This document shows, piece by piece, positions 8,084-17,619 of a stretch of DNA of 61,235 nt. Position numbers and translations under genes: made by a program. Position 1 is the first letter of the stretch, and each line of letters starts with the position of its first letter. Source of the DNA: Escherichia phage slur01; the sequence record NC_028831.1. One strand, 5' to 3'. The notes under the pieces are model-generated. The model had not been told where the DNA came from. It was given only the letters and a program-made list of their open reading frames with translations, and searched no databases.

Positions 8084-10420
8084 CTCTTCTCCTAAGTTTG
8101 CCATAATACCTTCAACATCTTGCGTAATGCGCCAAGCTGCGCCAGTGAATCCCAGTTTGATAGTCTCCTCCCGTGTTACCGGAACAAGTGCACCCATAGC
8201 AACCATTTCCTTGATCGTAGACTCGATCGCTGCGGACAATCCGTGGTGATAGTTTTTAAACGCGGACTTACTTGCAAGACGAGTAGTAATATCACCCCGC
8301 GTGATAATGCCTTCCTTACGCAGATCTACACGTTTAACTTTGACCCAATCTTTAGTTAGATAATTCACACAAACCTGGCACATAGTACGGATACGAGCTT
8401 CGTCATTAGTACCGATACCCCCACTATGCCATTCCTTCATAATGATATCCTGTCCATGACGCACAAAGTCCAAGGCCCATTGAACATGATAGGTCTGCAC
8501 AACCGGATTGATCCAGTTTTCTCCCACAGCTAACAGGGCGGATAGACGTAACACCTTCAGGTGGGCACGGTTCCAGGGCTGACGGATTGCTTCGTCTTTG
8601 GTTGCGTTAATATTACGGTCACATTCGTCGTTAAACTGATCACATAATGCTTCCGCTTCTGGACTAAACTGCACTTCAATACTTTGATGCTTTGCCATTG
8701 CGACTAAGGTGTGGTTAACAAGATGGCACACCATATCCCGCAAATGCTGATCCATTGTAGTCTGCTGGTTCTTGTTTAAAGGTGGTCGATCCCCTTCATA
8801 GCGGACAACATGGAAACGGGATAAGAAACCGTCCTCCATCATTTCACGGGTTAATGCTTCAAAGAACGTATCCGGTGTCGTTTCGCCCATGATGCTATAG
8901 GCCACACCTTGTTGAGCTTCCGTATTATTAGCCTTATCAGAATAAGACATACCACCGACAATAGACATCTGACCGGACTTTTGATAAACATCGGTAAGGT
9001 CGTTCTTGAAGCTTTGCATCGGTGAACCTGCTGGCGCCGTAGCCATTGCTTTAATAATCTTACCAAACTCACCGTTCAAGTTGATAAAAGATTGTTTGTC
9101 CGCAAAAGATTTACGCAGTGCAGAGCCGGAAGCACATCGGTCAAAAGATACAAAGCTATGAATCTGCGGAAACGGTTCCTGAAGCTGGCTAACTATATTA
9201 GATAAGCCACTGTTCAACGTTTCTTTACCAACACCAGAACGAGCAATAAGGACAAAATATCCATTAAGACCAGATTGCGGAATCTGCCAGACCTTGCCGC
9301 ATACACCGGCCATAAATCCTAGTGCCGTCACAATAGAAATTTCTTTCACTGGTCGGACGGATGCTTTGTAGATATACTTCGCAAGCTCCCCAGCAAGCCC
9401 CGGCGGCCAGTCAATGGCGGTTGCATCAATAGACGTACTTTCTGCAACTACGGTCTGCCCCTGTGTTGTTTCAACAGTTACGGGCATTTCCGCTACCTGT
9501 TGCATTGCACTGTGTGCCGCTTGCATACGGGCAGCATAATCCCGCGCCAGCGCCGCTACGTTTTCCTGGGCAATGCGCTCACGCTCCATGCGACCGCGAC
9601 ACATACGCAAGCAACGGTCAATATGAACATTGTTCTTATTAGCCTTCTCACGTTTGCCCAGTGCGCTATAACGGAACAGACGACGACATTGCTCATTACT
9701 TTCCGTGTAGAATGCATACATAGAAATAAGGGCAAGGTCTGCTTCAGACTGGGAAGGGAATCCCATTTCAACCCATTCACCGTTAAATAACCGTGCATAC
9801 TTATCGCCGTTATCTGCTTCAAGCGCACGCTGATGAATAGTTGCATCATCTTCTACCGGATCTTTTTCTACCAGTTCAATTTCATATGTCTTGCGCTGAA
9901 GATCAATTTCATTCACAAGCATAGTAAGGTAATGATCACGTTCTGCAACTGGTTTGTTGTAGACGGGATTGCCCGTGCAGATAATAAAACGCTCCTGACT
10001 ATAAACCTCGACACCATCACGTCGACGACCTTTACCGATGTTACCTCTTAACCACAGGTGGACACCCAGGCCTGAGCGACTCACTTCGGTGTAAGTATCG
10101 AATGCAGTCATGATCTGTTCGAAGCGGCGCAACTGTTCCGGCGTCGTGTGCTTTTTGGGATCCGGTTCATTGGTTGCGTTCTTCACATCCAGGTCGATGC
10201 AGGTGAACGGGTCTTGTGCAGTAAGCACGAATCCAATATAAGGTTTATTGAAATGAGCGGCGCAACCTTTGGCAGCTTCAAACGTCATAAGCATATCCGG
10301 ATCGGTAACGTCCGCCGCCATCAAACGTCCAATATCGTTATCCCATACGAGCGGCTTCTTGTCCGCATCGGCCACCGCCCATTGTGGGAAAGCTTTAATT
10401 TCAGCGGGAAACAGTTCCAT
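8078..10420 (-). CDS. Putative DNA primase/replicative helicase (primase-polymerase-like N-terminal domain)
   Basis: 780 aa; N-terminal region resembles bifunctional prim-pol domains; central GYFVLIARSGVGKE P-loop-like segment; strong RBS AGGAGG. Confidence 0.5.
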   Translation of the reverse strand: MELFPAEIKAFPQWAVADADKKPLVWDNDIGRLMAADVTDPDMLMTFEAAKGCAAHFNKPYIGFVLTAQDPFTCIDLDVKNATNEPDPKKHTTPEQLRRFEQIMTAFDTYTEVSRSGLGVHLWLRGNIGKGRRRDGVEVYSQERFIICTGNPVYNKPVAERDHYLTMLVNEIDLQRKTYEIELVEKDPVEDDATIHQRALEADNGDKYARLFNGEWVEMGFPSQSEADLALISMYAFYTESNEQCRRLFRYSALGKREKANKNNVHIDRCLRMCRGRMERERIAQENVAALARDYAARMQAAHSAMQQVAEMPVTVETTQGQTVVAESTSIDATAIDWPPGLAGELAKYIYKASVRPVKEISIVTALGFMAGVCGKVWQIPQSGLNGYFVLIARSGVGKETLNSGLSNIVSQLQEPFPQIHSFVSFDRCASGSALRKSFADKQSFINLNGEFGKIIKAMATAPAGSPMQSFKNDLTDVYQKSGQMSIVGGMSYSDKANNTEAQQGVAYSIMGETTPDTFFEALTREMMEDGFLSRFHVVRYEGDRPPLNKNQQTTMDQHLRDMVCHLVNHTLVAMAKHQSIEVQFSPEAEALCDQFNDECDRNINATKDEAIRQPWNRAHLKVLRLSALLAVGENWINPVVQTYHVQWALDFVRHGQDIIMKEWHSGGIGTNDEARIRTMCQVCVNYLTKDWVKVKRVDLRKEGIITRGDITTRLASKSAFKNYHHGLSAAIESTIKEMVAMGALVPVTREETIKLGFTGAAWRITQDVEGIMANLGEEE

Positions 10421-10426
10421 ATTAAA

Positions 10427-10630
10427 TTAAGACCTCCTACGCTTATCGCCTTGCATTGCTATAAGTGCTGGCTCAGCAATTTCGCGCACGTATACAAATA
10501 CGTTAGCGATACGAACAGCTCCAGGAAGTATATCTCGATTGCGGCACAACTTATAACGACTAACCCCGAAACGGGCTTCAATCTCTGATGTGGTTATATA
10601 CTTAGCATCAAACTCGTCTTGTGCAGTCAT
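10427..10630 (-). CDS. Small HTH DNA-binding protein (AlpA/excisionase-like)
   Basis: ITTSEIEARFGVSRYKLCRNRD helix-turn-helix; RBS AGGAGG. Confidence 0.55.
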   Translation of the reverse strand: MTAQDEFDAKYITTSEIEARFGVSRYKLCRNRDILPGAVRIANVFVYVREIAEPALIAMQGDKRRRS

Positions 10631-10691
10631 AGCTCCTCCTTTGTCCGCACACTATACACAGATAAGAGGAGCCATTGCAACCAAATTTGCA

Positions 10692-11474
10692 TTATTGCGC
10701 AGCAAAGTTCGCATATCCCATAACGCATTCATATACCTCTTCAGGAGTGCGACCTTCCCGTAGATTTATCATCCATTCGTCCAATTGTCCAAGGCGTTGC
10801 TGAGCCTTCGTGATGTCATGAAACGCTTGCCATGGAAAAAAGTTTCCCCCAGCTAGTGCAACCTCTATGCCCGTAGCGGCGTTGCCATATGCCTTGAGCT
10901 TGCAAACAGGCCAACGTCCACGATTATCCCAAATTACGGGTTCCACGTTTTTATCCGGTCGCGAATACCATCTATTTTTAAGAGATGTGATTTCTTTTTC
11001 CGTTAACTGCTCACCCTTCGCACGCTCATTCTTGGCAAGCCAAACTTTAAACACAGACTCATTATTTTTATCCTTTGTTTGGCAAACCTTAAAAGCATTC
11101 TCATATGGTGCTTCCGGCCCAAACCGTTTGTAGTAGTCAAACTTGCCGCGGAACTTTGCAACTTCTTTAGTTGTAAGTTCACGATTTTCTTTTTCCTTTA
11201 TTTGTTCGCGCACCCATGCCATAAACTTATCACGCTCAGGGTTTTCTTTTTTTGCAGCAGCTTTTCCATGTTTAACTTTAGGCGTCACATCTTGTGCGCT
11301 ATCAAAATAATCCTCAACCATCTTAAGAGCCTGCTCTTTAGTTACCTTTCCGCGAATACGGGAGCACGCTTGCACGACCCAGGCCGCGAAGCACAAATCC
11401 TTAACCACATTTGAGTTGGTGCTGGTCGGCTGTTCCTCCGCCACCGCGTTATTGTTAGTCAGCTCTGTATTCAT
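10692..11474 (-). CDS. hypothetical protein (adjacent to iteron array)
   Basis: Start re-picked at ATG (MNTELTNNN...) preceded by GGAGG; the track start at 11534 is a TTG inside the repeat array. Confidence 0.55.
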   Translation of the reverse strand: MNTELTNNNAVAEEQPTSTNSNVVKDLCFAAWVVQACSRIRGKVTKEQALKMVEDYFDSAQDVTPKVKHGKAAAKKENPERDKFMAWVREQIKEKENRELTTKEVAKFRGKFDYYKRFGPEAPYENAFKVCQTKDKNNESVFKVWLAKNERAKGEQLTEKEITSLKNRWYSRPDKNVEPVIWDNRGRWPVCKLKAYGNAATGIEVALAGGNFFPWQAFHDITKAQQRLGQLDEWMINLREGRTPEEVYECVMGYANFAAQ

Positions 11475-11482
11475 ATAGCCTC

Positions 11483-11770
11483 CGATAGGGTATTGCCTTA
11501 ACCCTATGGTAAGACCCTCCCTATTAAATTGCAAGAGTTATTGTAAAACAATAGGTATAGGGTGCAATACAGGGTTCATATAGGGTAACCCTATAAACAC
11601 CCTATAAAATACCCTCCCTATGCAGCTTTCTAAATTTATAGTTTTAGTTTACCCCTTGCGCCCCCGCAGAAAAACTAAAGATAGGGGTACTAGGGTATAA
11701 CAATGGCAAATACCCTATACCCTACTCCCTATACTATGATTCTAAAAAATTTGGTGTATACCCCTATAAA
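11483..11770. repeat. Array of at least 12 CCCTATA/TATAGGG heptamer iterons in both orientations
   Basis: Repeated TATAGGG and CCCTATA in direct and inverted arrangements, e.g. TATAGGGTAACCCTATA; followed by an AT-rich tract (11771..11940). Confidence 0.7.
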
Positions 11771-12106
11771 CTTATAAACTTTCAGTCAACTAACTAAAAT
11801 AAACCTAATTAAACTAATATTAATAATAACTATAAATATATATAAAATAAGGATTTATTATTATTGTATATAGTACCTATTGGTATTATGTGATGAGTTT
11901 ATAGTCACTAAATAAACTCTATAAATTTTAATAAACCTGAACGGATGCAGATCAAAAATGAGAAGTCAAGTGCTTTTGAGGGAAATTTATTGAACTATTG
12001 TGATCGGATGGTATATCAAGCTATAATGCGCTTAATCGCGGGATATTGGAGGAGGACTTTATTGCGCGGTTAACCGGACCAGTAGGAGGGCTGGCCCGGA
12101 AGTAGT

Positions 12107-12433
12107 TTAGAGTTGTACAGGTGTGAAGTGGGCTAGCGTATCGTCGGACATAATACCCGACAGTTTTTCGCTTACCCATTCGGACCAAATACTATCCGGT
12201 TCCTGGCGGTGTACAAACCAGATCTCGGATGTGCCTTCTTTGCGCATCGGTTGCACTTCTGCAAGGAACTTGTCCTGCATGAGGCGGGTGAAGCAGACGC
12301 TGGTCATTGGAACTGGCTTTTCGTCTTTATTGTAATAAGGGACCAATATTTTATTTCCGAAGTCGGCAACTTCATAAACCGTTCCTTTACGTAGACCTCT
12401 GATGTCTGTGTAAGAGCGGATAAATGTTCTCAT
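12107..12433 (-). CDS. hypothetical protein
   Basis: Start at ATG with AGGAG RBS (track uses an upstream GTG at 12439). Confidence 0.5.
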   Translation of the reverse strand: MRTFIRSYTDIRGLRKGTVYEVADFGNKILVPYYNKDEKPVPMTSVCFTRLMQDKFLAEVQPMRKEGTSEIWFVHRQEPDSIWSEWVSEKLSGIMSDDTLAHFTPVQL

Positions 12434-12483
12434 GTTCACTCCTAGGGCTCCCGCAGAAGCCCGTTGGTTGATGTGGTTATGGA

Positions 12484-13098
12484 TTATGCGTCCAGTCCGT
12501 TATATTTGCGCCAGGCGTAGAACTGAATGGCGACCGTTGTCCCGTTGTAAGAAGGCATTGCAGCTTTCATTTCTTTCAGCTCCGGCGTGCGGCCCAGTTC
12601 GGCTAAAAGTTTATCGCCCATTGCCCACACGTCGGCGGTTTTTCCTTTCAGAGGCTTGCGAGCGCCATTTTTGAAATCACAGCGAGCAGCTTTTGCATCC
12701 TGTTTTGGTGCGGCAGCTTTTGGCTCTTCAATTTTGATCTCAGAAACCTGCGTGGCAGCTTTTGCGTGTTTCATATCTTTCTCTTCCTCCTGCTCCAGAG
12801 CTTCGAGGCAGCTTTTGACAATTTCCGGATTTACCATTGGGCGCAGTACCGAGACGCTGGCAGCGGGCGCGGCGGTTGGTGCCGGGACTTTCTGCTCCGG
12901 CTGTTGCGCTTTCTTATGGTCGCGCAGCACCTGAAGCACTTCCTTTTCGACGATGTAAAAACCGATCTCGTCCTGATGGATTAACTGTTCGTGTGCGTCG
13001 CGTGCAACCTGGCCCCAGCGAGTTTTGAGGGCGCGGCGTGCATTCGTTTTCATGGTGTAGCGCATTTTGTCCTGTTCGCGGTGAGTTACTTTAGACAT
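12484..13098 (-). CDS. hypothetical protein
   Basis: Start re-picked at MSKVTHREQ with GGAG RBS; Ala/Pro-rich linker in the middle. Confidence 0.5.
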   Translation of the reverse strand: MSKVTHREQDKMRYTMKTNARRALKTRWGQVARDAHEQLIHQDEIGFYIVEKEVLQVLRDHKKAQQPEQKVPAPTAAPAASVSVLRPMVNPEIVKSCLEALEQEEEKDMKHAKAATQVSEIKIEEPKAAAPKQDAKAARCDFKNGARKPLKGKTADVWAMGDKLLAELGRTPELKEMKAAMPSYNGTTVAIQFYAWRKYNGLDA

Positions 13099-13171
13099 GG
13101 TATAGCTCCTTTCGTTAATATTAGTTTGCTTATTACTGCCCACCGTAATGATGAGCAGTGTATAAGAAAAC

Positions 13172-13420
13172 TTATTGCACGATTGCTACGAAATCGGCGG
13201 TTGCGATATCCATGCTTGCGAAAGCAACGATGCTATAGTCGGTGTCGTTGTCCGCGTTAAAAGCTTTGAGGAACTGCTGCACCGCTGCTTTATGGTTAAG
13301 AGTTACGTCGATAGCATAGTCCCAGCTATAGACTTTGCGCTTGCCAAAACCTTTAACTGCAATGCGAGCGCTTTTAGTGTTGGTTGGTGCCAAAAATTTG
13401 GTGACGATAGAAGTAGCCAT
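13172..13420 (-). CDS. hypothetical protein
   Basis: 82-aa ORF with RBS GAGGA. Confidence 0.5.
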   Translation of the reverse strand: MATSIVTKFLAPTNTKSARIAVKGFGKRKVYSWDYAIDVTLNHKAAVQQFLKAFNADNDTDYSIVAFASMDIATADFVAIVQ

Positions 13421-13451
13421 GATGTAATCCTCGTTTTGTTTAAGTTGACTT

Positions 13452-13480
13452 ATTATTGCCCAGTCAGATCAACTAGGCAA
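13452..13480 (-). promoter_or_regulatory. Putative sigma70-type early promoter (TTGCCT-17-AATAAT) for the leftward operon
   Basis: On the minus strand, hexamers TTGCCT and AATAAT with a 17-nt spacer about 30 nt upstream of the 13420 start codon. Confidence 0.3.
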
Positions 13481-13958
13481 GATATAAATCACTTAATTTG
13501 TACTAAATCGTATTCCTTGTAGATGTCGCTAATGTACATATCAAACTGACCCATTAAGAAGATTTCGGCCTCCTCCCAGCTTGGGGCAGATACATAACCA
13601 GCTATTTACCGGAGGCGAGTTCCACTAATTTGAATTCCATGATGCAACCTTAATGTGGTTAAGCAGTATTGCTTTGTTGAAGTAATAATAGCCTTGCATC
13701 GTGATATTGAATAGGCCAAAAGTGCTCTTTTAGAATTGTTTTGCATCTAGTGAAAAATACGCTTGCCCTGCATGTTTAGCACTAATGGCCTAACTAACAT
13801 CACATTATCTGGAGTATTCGCGCGGGCGCACACATACATATAAAGCTGCCAAAATATTTTTATAAAAAGATGCAAAAAGGTGTAGACATATGATCGGTCT
13901 AGCATTACTATATACACATACCGCAAGGTACTACAAATTAACTTAAAGGGTACACATT

Positions 13959-14243
13959 ATGTCCATCGTCACTATGTCGTTCTTCGACCATTGCAATAAC
14001 GAAAAACAAATTATCGTTAACCTGCAAAAAGGGTTTGTTGTCGCACGCAATGCTAACCGCCAATGCATCGCGCTAACCGATTTTGCTTTCCGCCTTAACG
14101 TGGACAACACCACCGCTAAAAATATCGTTCACGATACAGCGTTGGAAGCTGCTCACGCTGCGAAGGATAAAGGTATCCGTGCCGCACGCGAGATTATGCA
14201 CAAGGCGCTCGGCGTCACGTTCTTCGTTGGGATTAAGGGGTAA
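13959..14243 (+). CDS. hypothetical protein (first gene of rightward block)
   Basis: 94-aa ORF at the head of the plus-strand block after a divergent intergenic region. Confidence 0.5.
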   Translation: MSIVTMSFFDHCNNEKQIIVNLQKGFVVARNANRQCIALTDFAFRLNVDNTTAKNIVHDTALEAAHAAKDKGIRAAREIMHKALGVTFFVGIKG

Positions 14244-14248
14244 CTACT

Positions 14249-14392
14249 ATGTCACGCAAATACACGCTTACACGCGCACAGCACGCGTTATTATTGCAGG
14301 TTATGCGCATGGAGTACGAAGAGACTACATGGGCACAAGCTATGCAGACAGGGCGCGAGTTCTACGCGCAACTAATAGCACAAAATGCCTAG
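14249..14392 (+). CDS. hypothetical small protein (47 aa)
   Basis: ATG preceded by AAGGGG; below the ORF-track size cutoff. Confidence 0.3.
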   Translation: MSRKYTLTRAQHALLLQVMRMEYEETTWAQAMQTGREFYAQLIAQNA

Positions 14393-14451
14393 ACAACATG
14401 ATCGGTCTGGTGGATACTACACACATCAACCAAACAACGGGGGTAAACAAA

Positions 14452-14679
14452 ATGCGTAGTTTCAAATGTGTAAGCGTAAATACTACTGGTAACGGTCTGT
14501 TCACGGCAGGTAATGTATATGACTTCAACATGGAAAGTTATAAAGACACAACGCTTACAGGTGTAATGTTCGGTGGCGCTCGTGTCGTTCGCTGCCATTT
14601 AAACAAGAACACGGAAAATGAATATACCCTTATCAGTCGCTACACGGGCGAGCCGTTAGCTGTGTTCCATGCAGCTTAA
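14452..14679 (+). CDS. hypothetical protein
   Basis: ATG preceded by GGGGG; the track's longer 14083..14679 ORF has no plausible upstream start. Confidence 0.45.
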   Translation: MRSFKCVSVNTTGNGLFTAGNVYDFNMESYKDTTLTGVMFGGARVVRCHLNKNTENEYTLISRYTGEPLAVFHAA

Positions 14680-15143
14680 GCTATAACGCACACAGCGCCG
14701 CGCTAGCGAGCTAATGTACATAGGTAATGGTAATGCATTAGCTCGGGCGAAACAGGCGCACAGCGTCGCGCACAGCTCGCACAGCGCACACAGACCCACG
14801 CAGGCCCAGCCGCGCAACCCGACCCATCCTTTTCCAGGTACTTGGATCGCTGGGGCGTGCCCTGTCCATCCTGATAGTATCCTTGTTTGAAAATCTAACT
14901 CGTCAACTATGTTGTTGCCGACATACGCACCCATCACATCCCTGTCCACCTACATCCATGACCCCACCTACCTTCTTTTTGAATATATTACACTCATCCT
15001 TTCTAAATATATGGATTTTGGTAGTAAATTCTGAGTCGTCAACGTATAATTCGTCTTGTAGCTGCTCCATAGCTATCATCTTTAAGCGGATGCAACCAAT
15101 TTCTATCAATTCTTACCAGTTTTACAGCATCAAGGAGGTATTT

Positions 15144-15401
15144 ATGTGCGACTCCAGTGCAAGCGCTACACCCAGCACCTCCAGCAATGTGGTTACAGAG
15201 GTAAATGCAATGCGATTAGGTCCATATCGCGGCTATTATGGTCGGGCAGCATGGAATGACGCTACTCAACGTTTTGAAGGCTGGATTATCTGTCCGGAAC
15301 GTGTTAAATTTCACTCCGTAAAAGAGAAAAATATCGTTCTTAATTTTCAAAAATGTGTCACTAAATATGTAGAGGAGCAAGAAGAATGTCTTATCAATTA
15401 G
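15144..15401 (+). CDS. hypothetical protein
   Basis: ATG preceded by AGGAGG; the track start at 14883 lies in a non-coding repeat region. Confidence 0.55.
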   Translation: MCDSSASATPSTSSNVVTEVNAMRLGPYRGYYGRAAWNDATQRFEGWIICPERVKFHSVKEKNIVLNFQKCVTKYVEEQEECLIN

Positions 15402-15748
15402 CTTTAGAAGCTGCCGGATGCGAAGTATTAGATTATGTTGAATACGGCTGCTATCAAGGTGAGTGGCTTGCATTGATCCGCAAGGACGGCGCTTTGGGAG
15501 TTTGCGAAGGGTCTTATGGTTCCTGCTTAGGTTGCGATGCATTTGAGGCTGAATTTGGTTATTTAGATGATGAGGAAGCGGATTACCAGAAACGTCTTGC
15601 AGATTTTGGAGAAGGTTACTTACCCGCAAATACTTTTGAAGAGATGATTGCTAAGCTTCAGAAGGATGTTGAAAACTATTCATACGATGACGATTATAAG
15701 TCAATGTTGAATACAGTTATTAACTGGCAAAAGCAATACGGGGTTTAA
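15386..15748 (+). CDS. hypothetical acidic Cys-containing protein
   Basis: 120 aa, acidic, with GSYGSCLGCDAFE segment; RBS GAGGAG. Confidence 0.55.
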   Translation: MSYQLALEAAGCEVLDYVEYGCYQGEWLALIRKDGALGVCEGSYGSCLGCDAFEAEFGYLDDEEADYQKRLADFGEGYLPANTFEEMIAKLQKDVENYSYDDDYKSMLNTVINWQKQYGV

Positions 15749-15749
15749 G

Positions 15750-15989
15750 ATGCGTTTAAAGTATAAGCAAAAGATTGTAGAATACTTCGGGATGCAACTT
15801 GTTGTCCCTGAATGGGTTAAATGGCTTGCTGTCGATGGTGATGGGGAGCTGTACGGTTACGAATGCGAGCCTGATATCTTAGTTGATGAACCGTGGGACG
15901 AATGGTACACAGAAGAAGGTAAATGTTACCGCATTACAGAAGTAGTTCTTGAAGAACATTGGTCTGAAACCTTAGTGGAGCTTTTCTAA
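15750..15989 (+). CDS. hypothetical protein, small paralog family member
   Basis: Shares W-x-AVDGDG...Y-x-x-x-P and W...TL motifs with 16333..16629 and 55631..55885. Confidence 0.55.
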   Translation: MRLKYKQKIVEYFGMQLVVPEWVKWLAVDGDGELYGYECEPDILVDEPWDEWYTEEGKCYRITEVVLEEHWSETLVELF

Positions 15990-15990
15990 A

Positions 15991-16281
15991 ATGCACATAG
16001 AAGAGATTGTTGAAGGCAAAGAGTATCGTTTACTGACCGATATTGGTGGTGTTGGGTATACTCCGGATGATGCGGCTTGTTTTAACGTCCTTCCGCAAGG
16101 TGCTATCGTGACAGTTAACAAGGTCGTTACCGATTTATACAGTGTTCATGACGGCAGATGGCCACATGCAGTTATTGTCACCTTCGGTAAAGATGGTTAT
16201 GTGGACCTTGATGGCGAAGACGATACTTACGAAGTTGCGTATACAGGTCTGGTAAGTCCCAATTTCCTGGAAGAAGTATAA
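15991..16281 (+). CDS. hypothetical protein
   Basis: 96-aa ORF, tightly packed with neighbours. Confidence 0.5.
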   Translation: MHIEEIVEGKEYRLLTDIGGVGYTPDDAACFNVLPQGAIVTVNKVVTDLYSVHDGRWPHAVIVTFGKDGYVDLDGEDDTYEVAYTGLVSPNFLEEV

Positions 16282-16332
16282 TTATCAATCTATAATGGGC
16301 TCTACGGAGCCCTTAATTATCTGGAGGCTGTT

Positions 16333-16629
16333 ATGCTGTATTTAGGAATGGACGAAACTGGACACGCGATCCCTTCTGTTAACAAGGAGACGCAAGTATT
16401 TACAGACTATTACGGGTCTGCTATCCCTGTAGAGCCCTGGGCAAACTTTATTGCTGTAGACGCAGACGGTAAAGTTCATTGTTATGACGCCAAACCTTCT
16501 TGCTATGAATCTGGTAAGCAATGGATGCTTGGCGTATACGGTTTGCATGTCCGCTACTGCGGCGAAGTTGACATTGAAGGTGTGGACTGGCGCGATACGT
16601 TGAAGGAGATTAAAGATGTCCGCGGCTGA
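16333..16629 (+). CDS. hypothetical protein, small paralog family member
   Basis: ANFIAVDADGKVHCYDAKP...DWRDTLKEI matches the family motif. Confidence 0.55.
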   Translation: MLYLGMDETGHAIPSVNKETQVFTDYYGSAIPVEPWANFIAVDADGKVHCYDAKPSCYESGKQWMLGVYGLHVRYCGEVDIEGVDWRDTLKEIKDVRG

Positions 16630-16705
16630 AGTTACGACATTTATAATAGCTTTTGCTGTTGCTTTATTCCTTATAGCTAAGTTAGATTTAATGATGGGAT
16701 AGTTT

Positions 16706-16930
16706 ATGCGCTTACTCATGGTGTTAGGTGTTATACTTGCCGCTTTCGTTGTATTTGCAATTGTAGACTCTAAAGAAATGGAGCGGCAAAACTGCCAACG
16801 TACTGGTAACAGCCGGGATGATATTATTTGGCAATATATTTACGATGCAAAAGGTAATGTTATGTCAATGTATCCTCAGGTTATTACTAAGTATGAATAT
16901 AAATGCAATGACCGTAACAGGTGGAGATAA
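16706..16930 (+). CDS. hypothetical membrane protein (one N-terminal TM helix)
   Basis: Hydrophobic N-terminus LLMVLGVILAAFVVFAIV. Confidence 0.5.
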   Translation: MRLLMVLGVILAAFVVFAIVDSKEMERQNCQRTGNSRDDIIWQYIYDAKGNVMSMYPQVITKYEYKCNDRNRWR

Positions 16931-16932
16931 TA

Positions 16933-17286
16933 ATGGAAGTTACTGAAGCTGCTAAACGCATGGTAAAATTCTATGTCGGTTCTGATGCACCTTTAATTCG
17001 CGCTTTTGGTCAGGAACTTTATGTTTTCCAGGGCGATCGAGAGGAGGCTGAAGAAATTGCTCAGGCAATCCTCGATCTGCAAGCAAAAGCGGATCGTGCG
17101 GAAGCCCTTGAAGCCGAATGGCGTGCTCAGGAAGAACGTGCCGAAAATGCTGAAACTGAATTAGTCGACTTGCGTGATCGCTATAGTCAATTGGAAGCTG
17201 TAGCAAAGGACTTCCTGCGTCGTAATAAATATGGTCCTTTGTTCTATCGTGATCTGTATAACCGTTTTAAGGAGATTGTAAAATGA
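16933..17286 (+). CDS. hypothetical coiled-coil protein
   Basis: ATG preceded by GTGGAG; Glu/Ala/Arg-rich heptad-like region. Confidence 0.5.
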   Translation: MEVTEAAKRMVKFYVGSDAPLIRAFGQELYVFQGDREEAEEIAQAILDLQAKADRAEALEAEWRAQEERAENAETELVDLRDRYSQLEAVAKDFLRRNKYGPLFYRDLYNRFKEIVK

Positions 17287-17552
17287 TTACTGCTCAAGAA
17301 GCTCGTGAATTAAGCGATAAGCTGGATATTAGCGAAGATATTGAATTTATCAGTGACAGCATTCGCGTAGCTGCTACAAAGGGATACAATAAAGTATCAC
17401 TGGTAACCAAATACGGCGCTGTTGGCAATCCTGACACTCAAGACCCGACCACTATGAAGATTGCTAAATGGTTAGCTGATTCTGGTTTTACGGTGTTATA
17501 TTATCCTTCAATGGACCAACGTGATAACGAGCGTACTGAGGTAGCATGGTGA
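17283..17552 (+). CDS. hypothetical protein
   Basis: 89-aa ORF; start overlaps the upstream stop. Confidence 0.5.
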   Translation: MITAQEARELSDKLDISEDIEFISDSIRVAATKGYNKVSLVTKYGAVGNPDTQDPTTMKIAKWLADSGFTVLYYPSMDQRDNERTEVAW

Positions 17553-17619
17553 TTGAAGAAAATATCAAATATTGGAAAGGCTTTATTGACGAAATGTTGA
17601 AACCATTGGAGAAGAAATA

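Noticed and set aside
8078-10420. Calling the 780-aa replication protein a canonical DnaB- or SF3-type helicase
   Set aside because: The P-loop (GVGKE) is non-canonical and I could not place the other helicase motifs by eye; it is kept as a primase/helicase-like replication protein at moderate confidence.
11483-11770. Possible T7-type phage promoters, because TATAGGG resembles the 3' end of the T7 promoter
   Set aside because: No phage RNA polymerase gene is recognisable in the window and the copies lack the upstream TAATACGACTCAC portion; iterons or operators are more plausible.
14083-14679. 198-aa ORF from the track
   Set aside because: The upstream two-thirds has no RBS and runs through another small ORF; only the 3' segment from the ATG at 14452 (GGGGG RBS) looks genuine.
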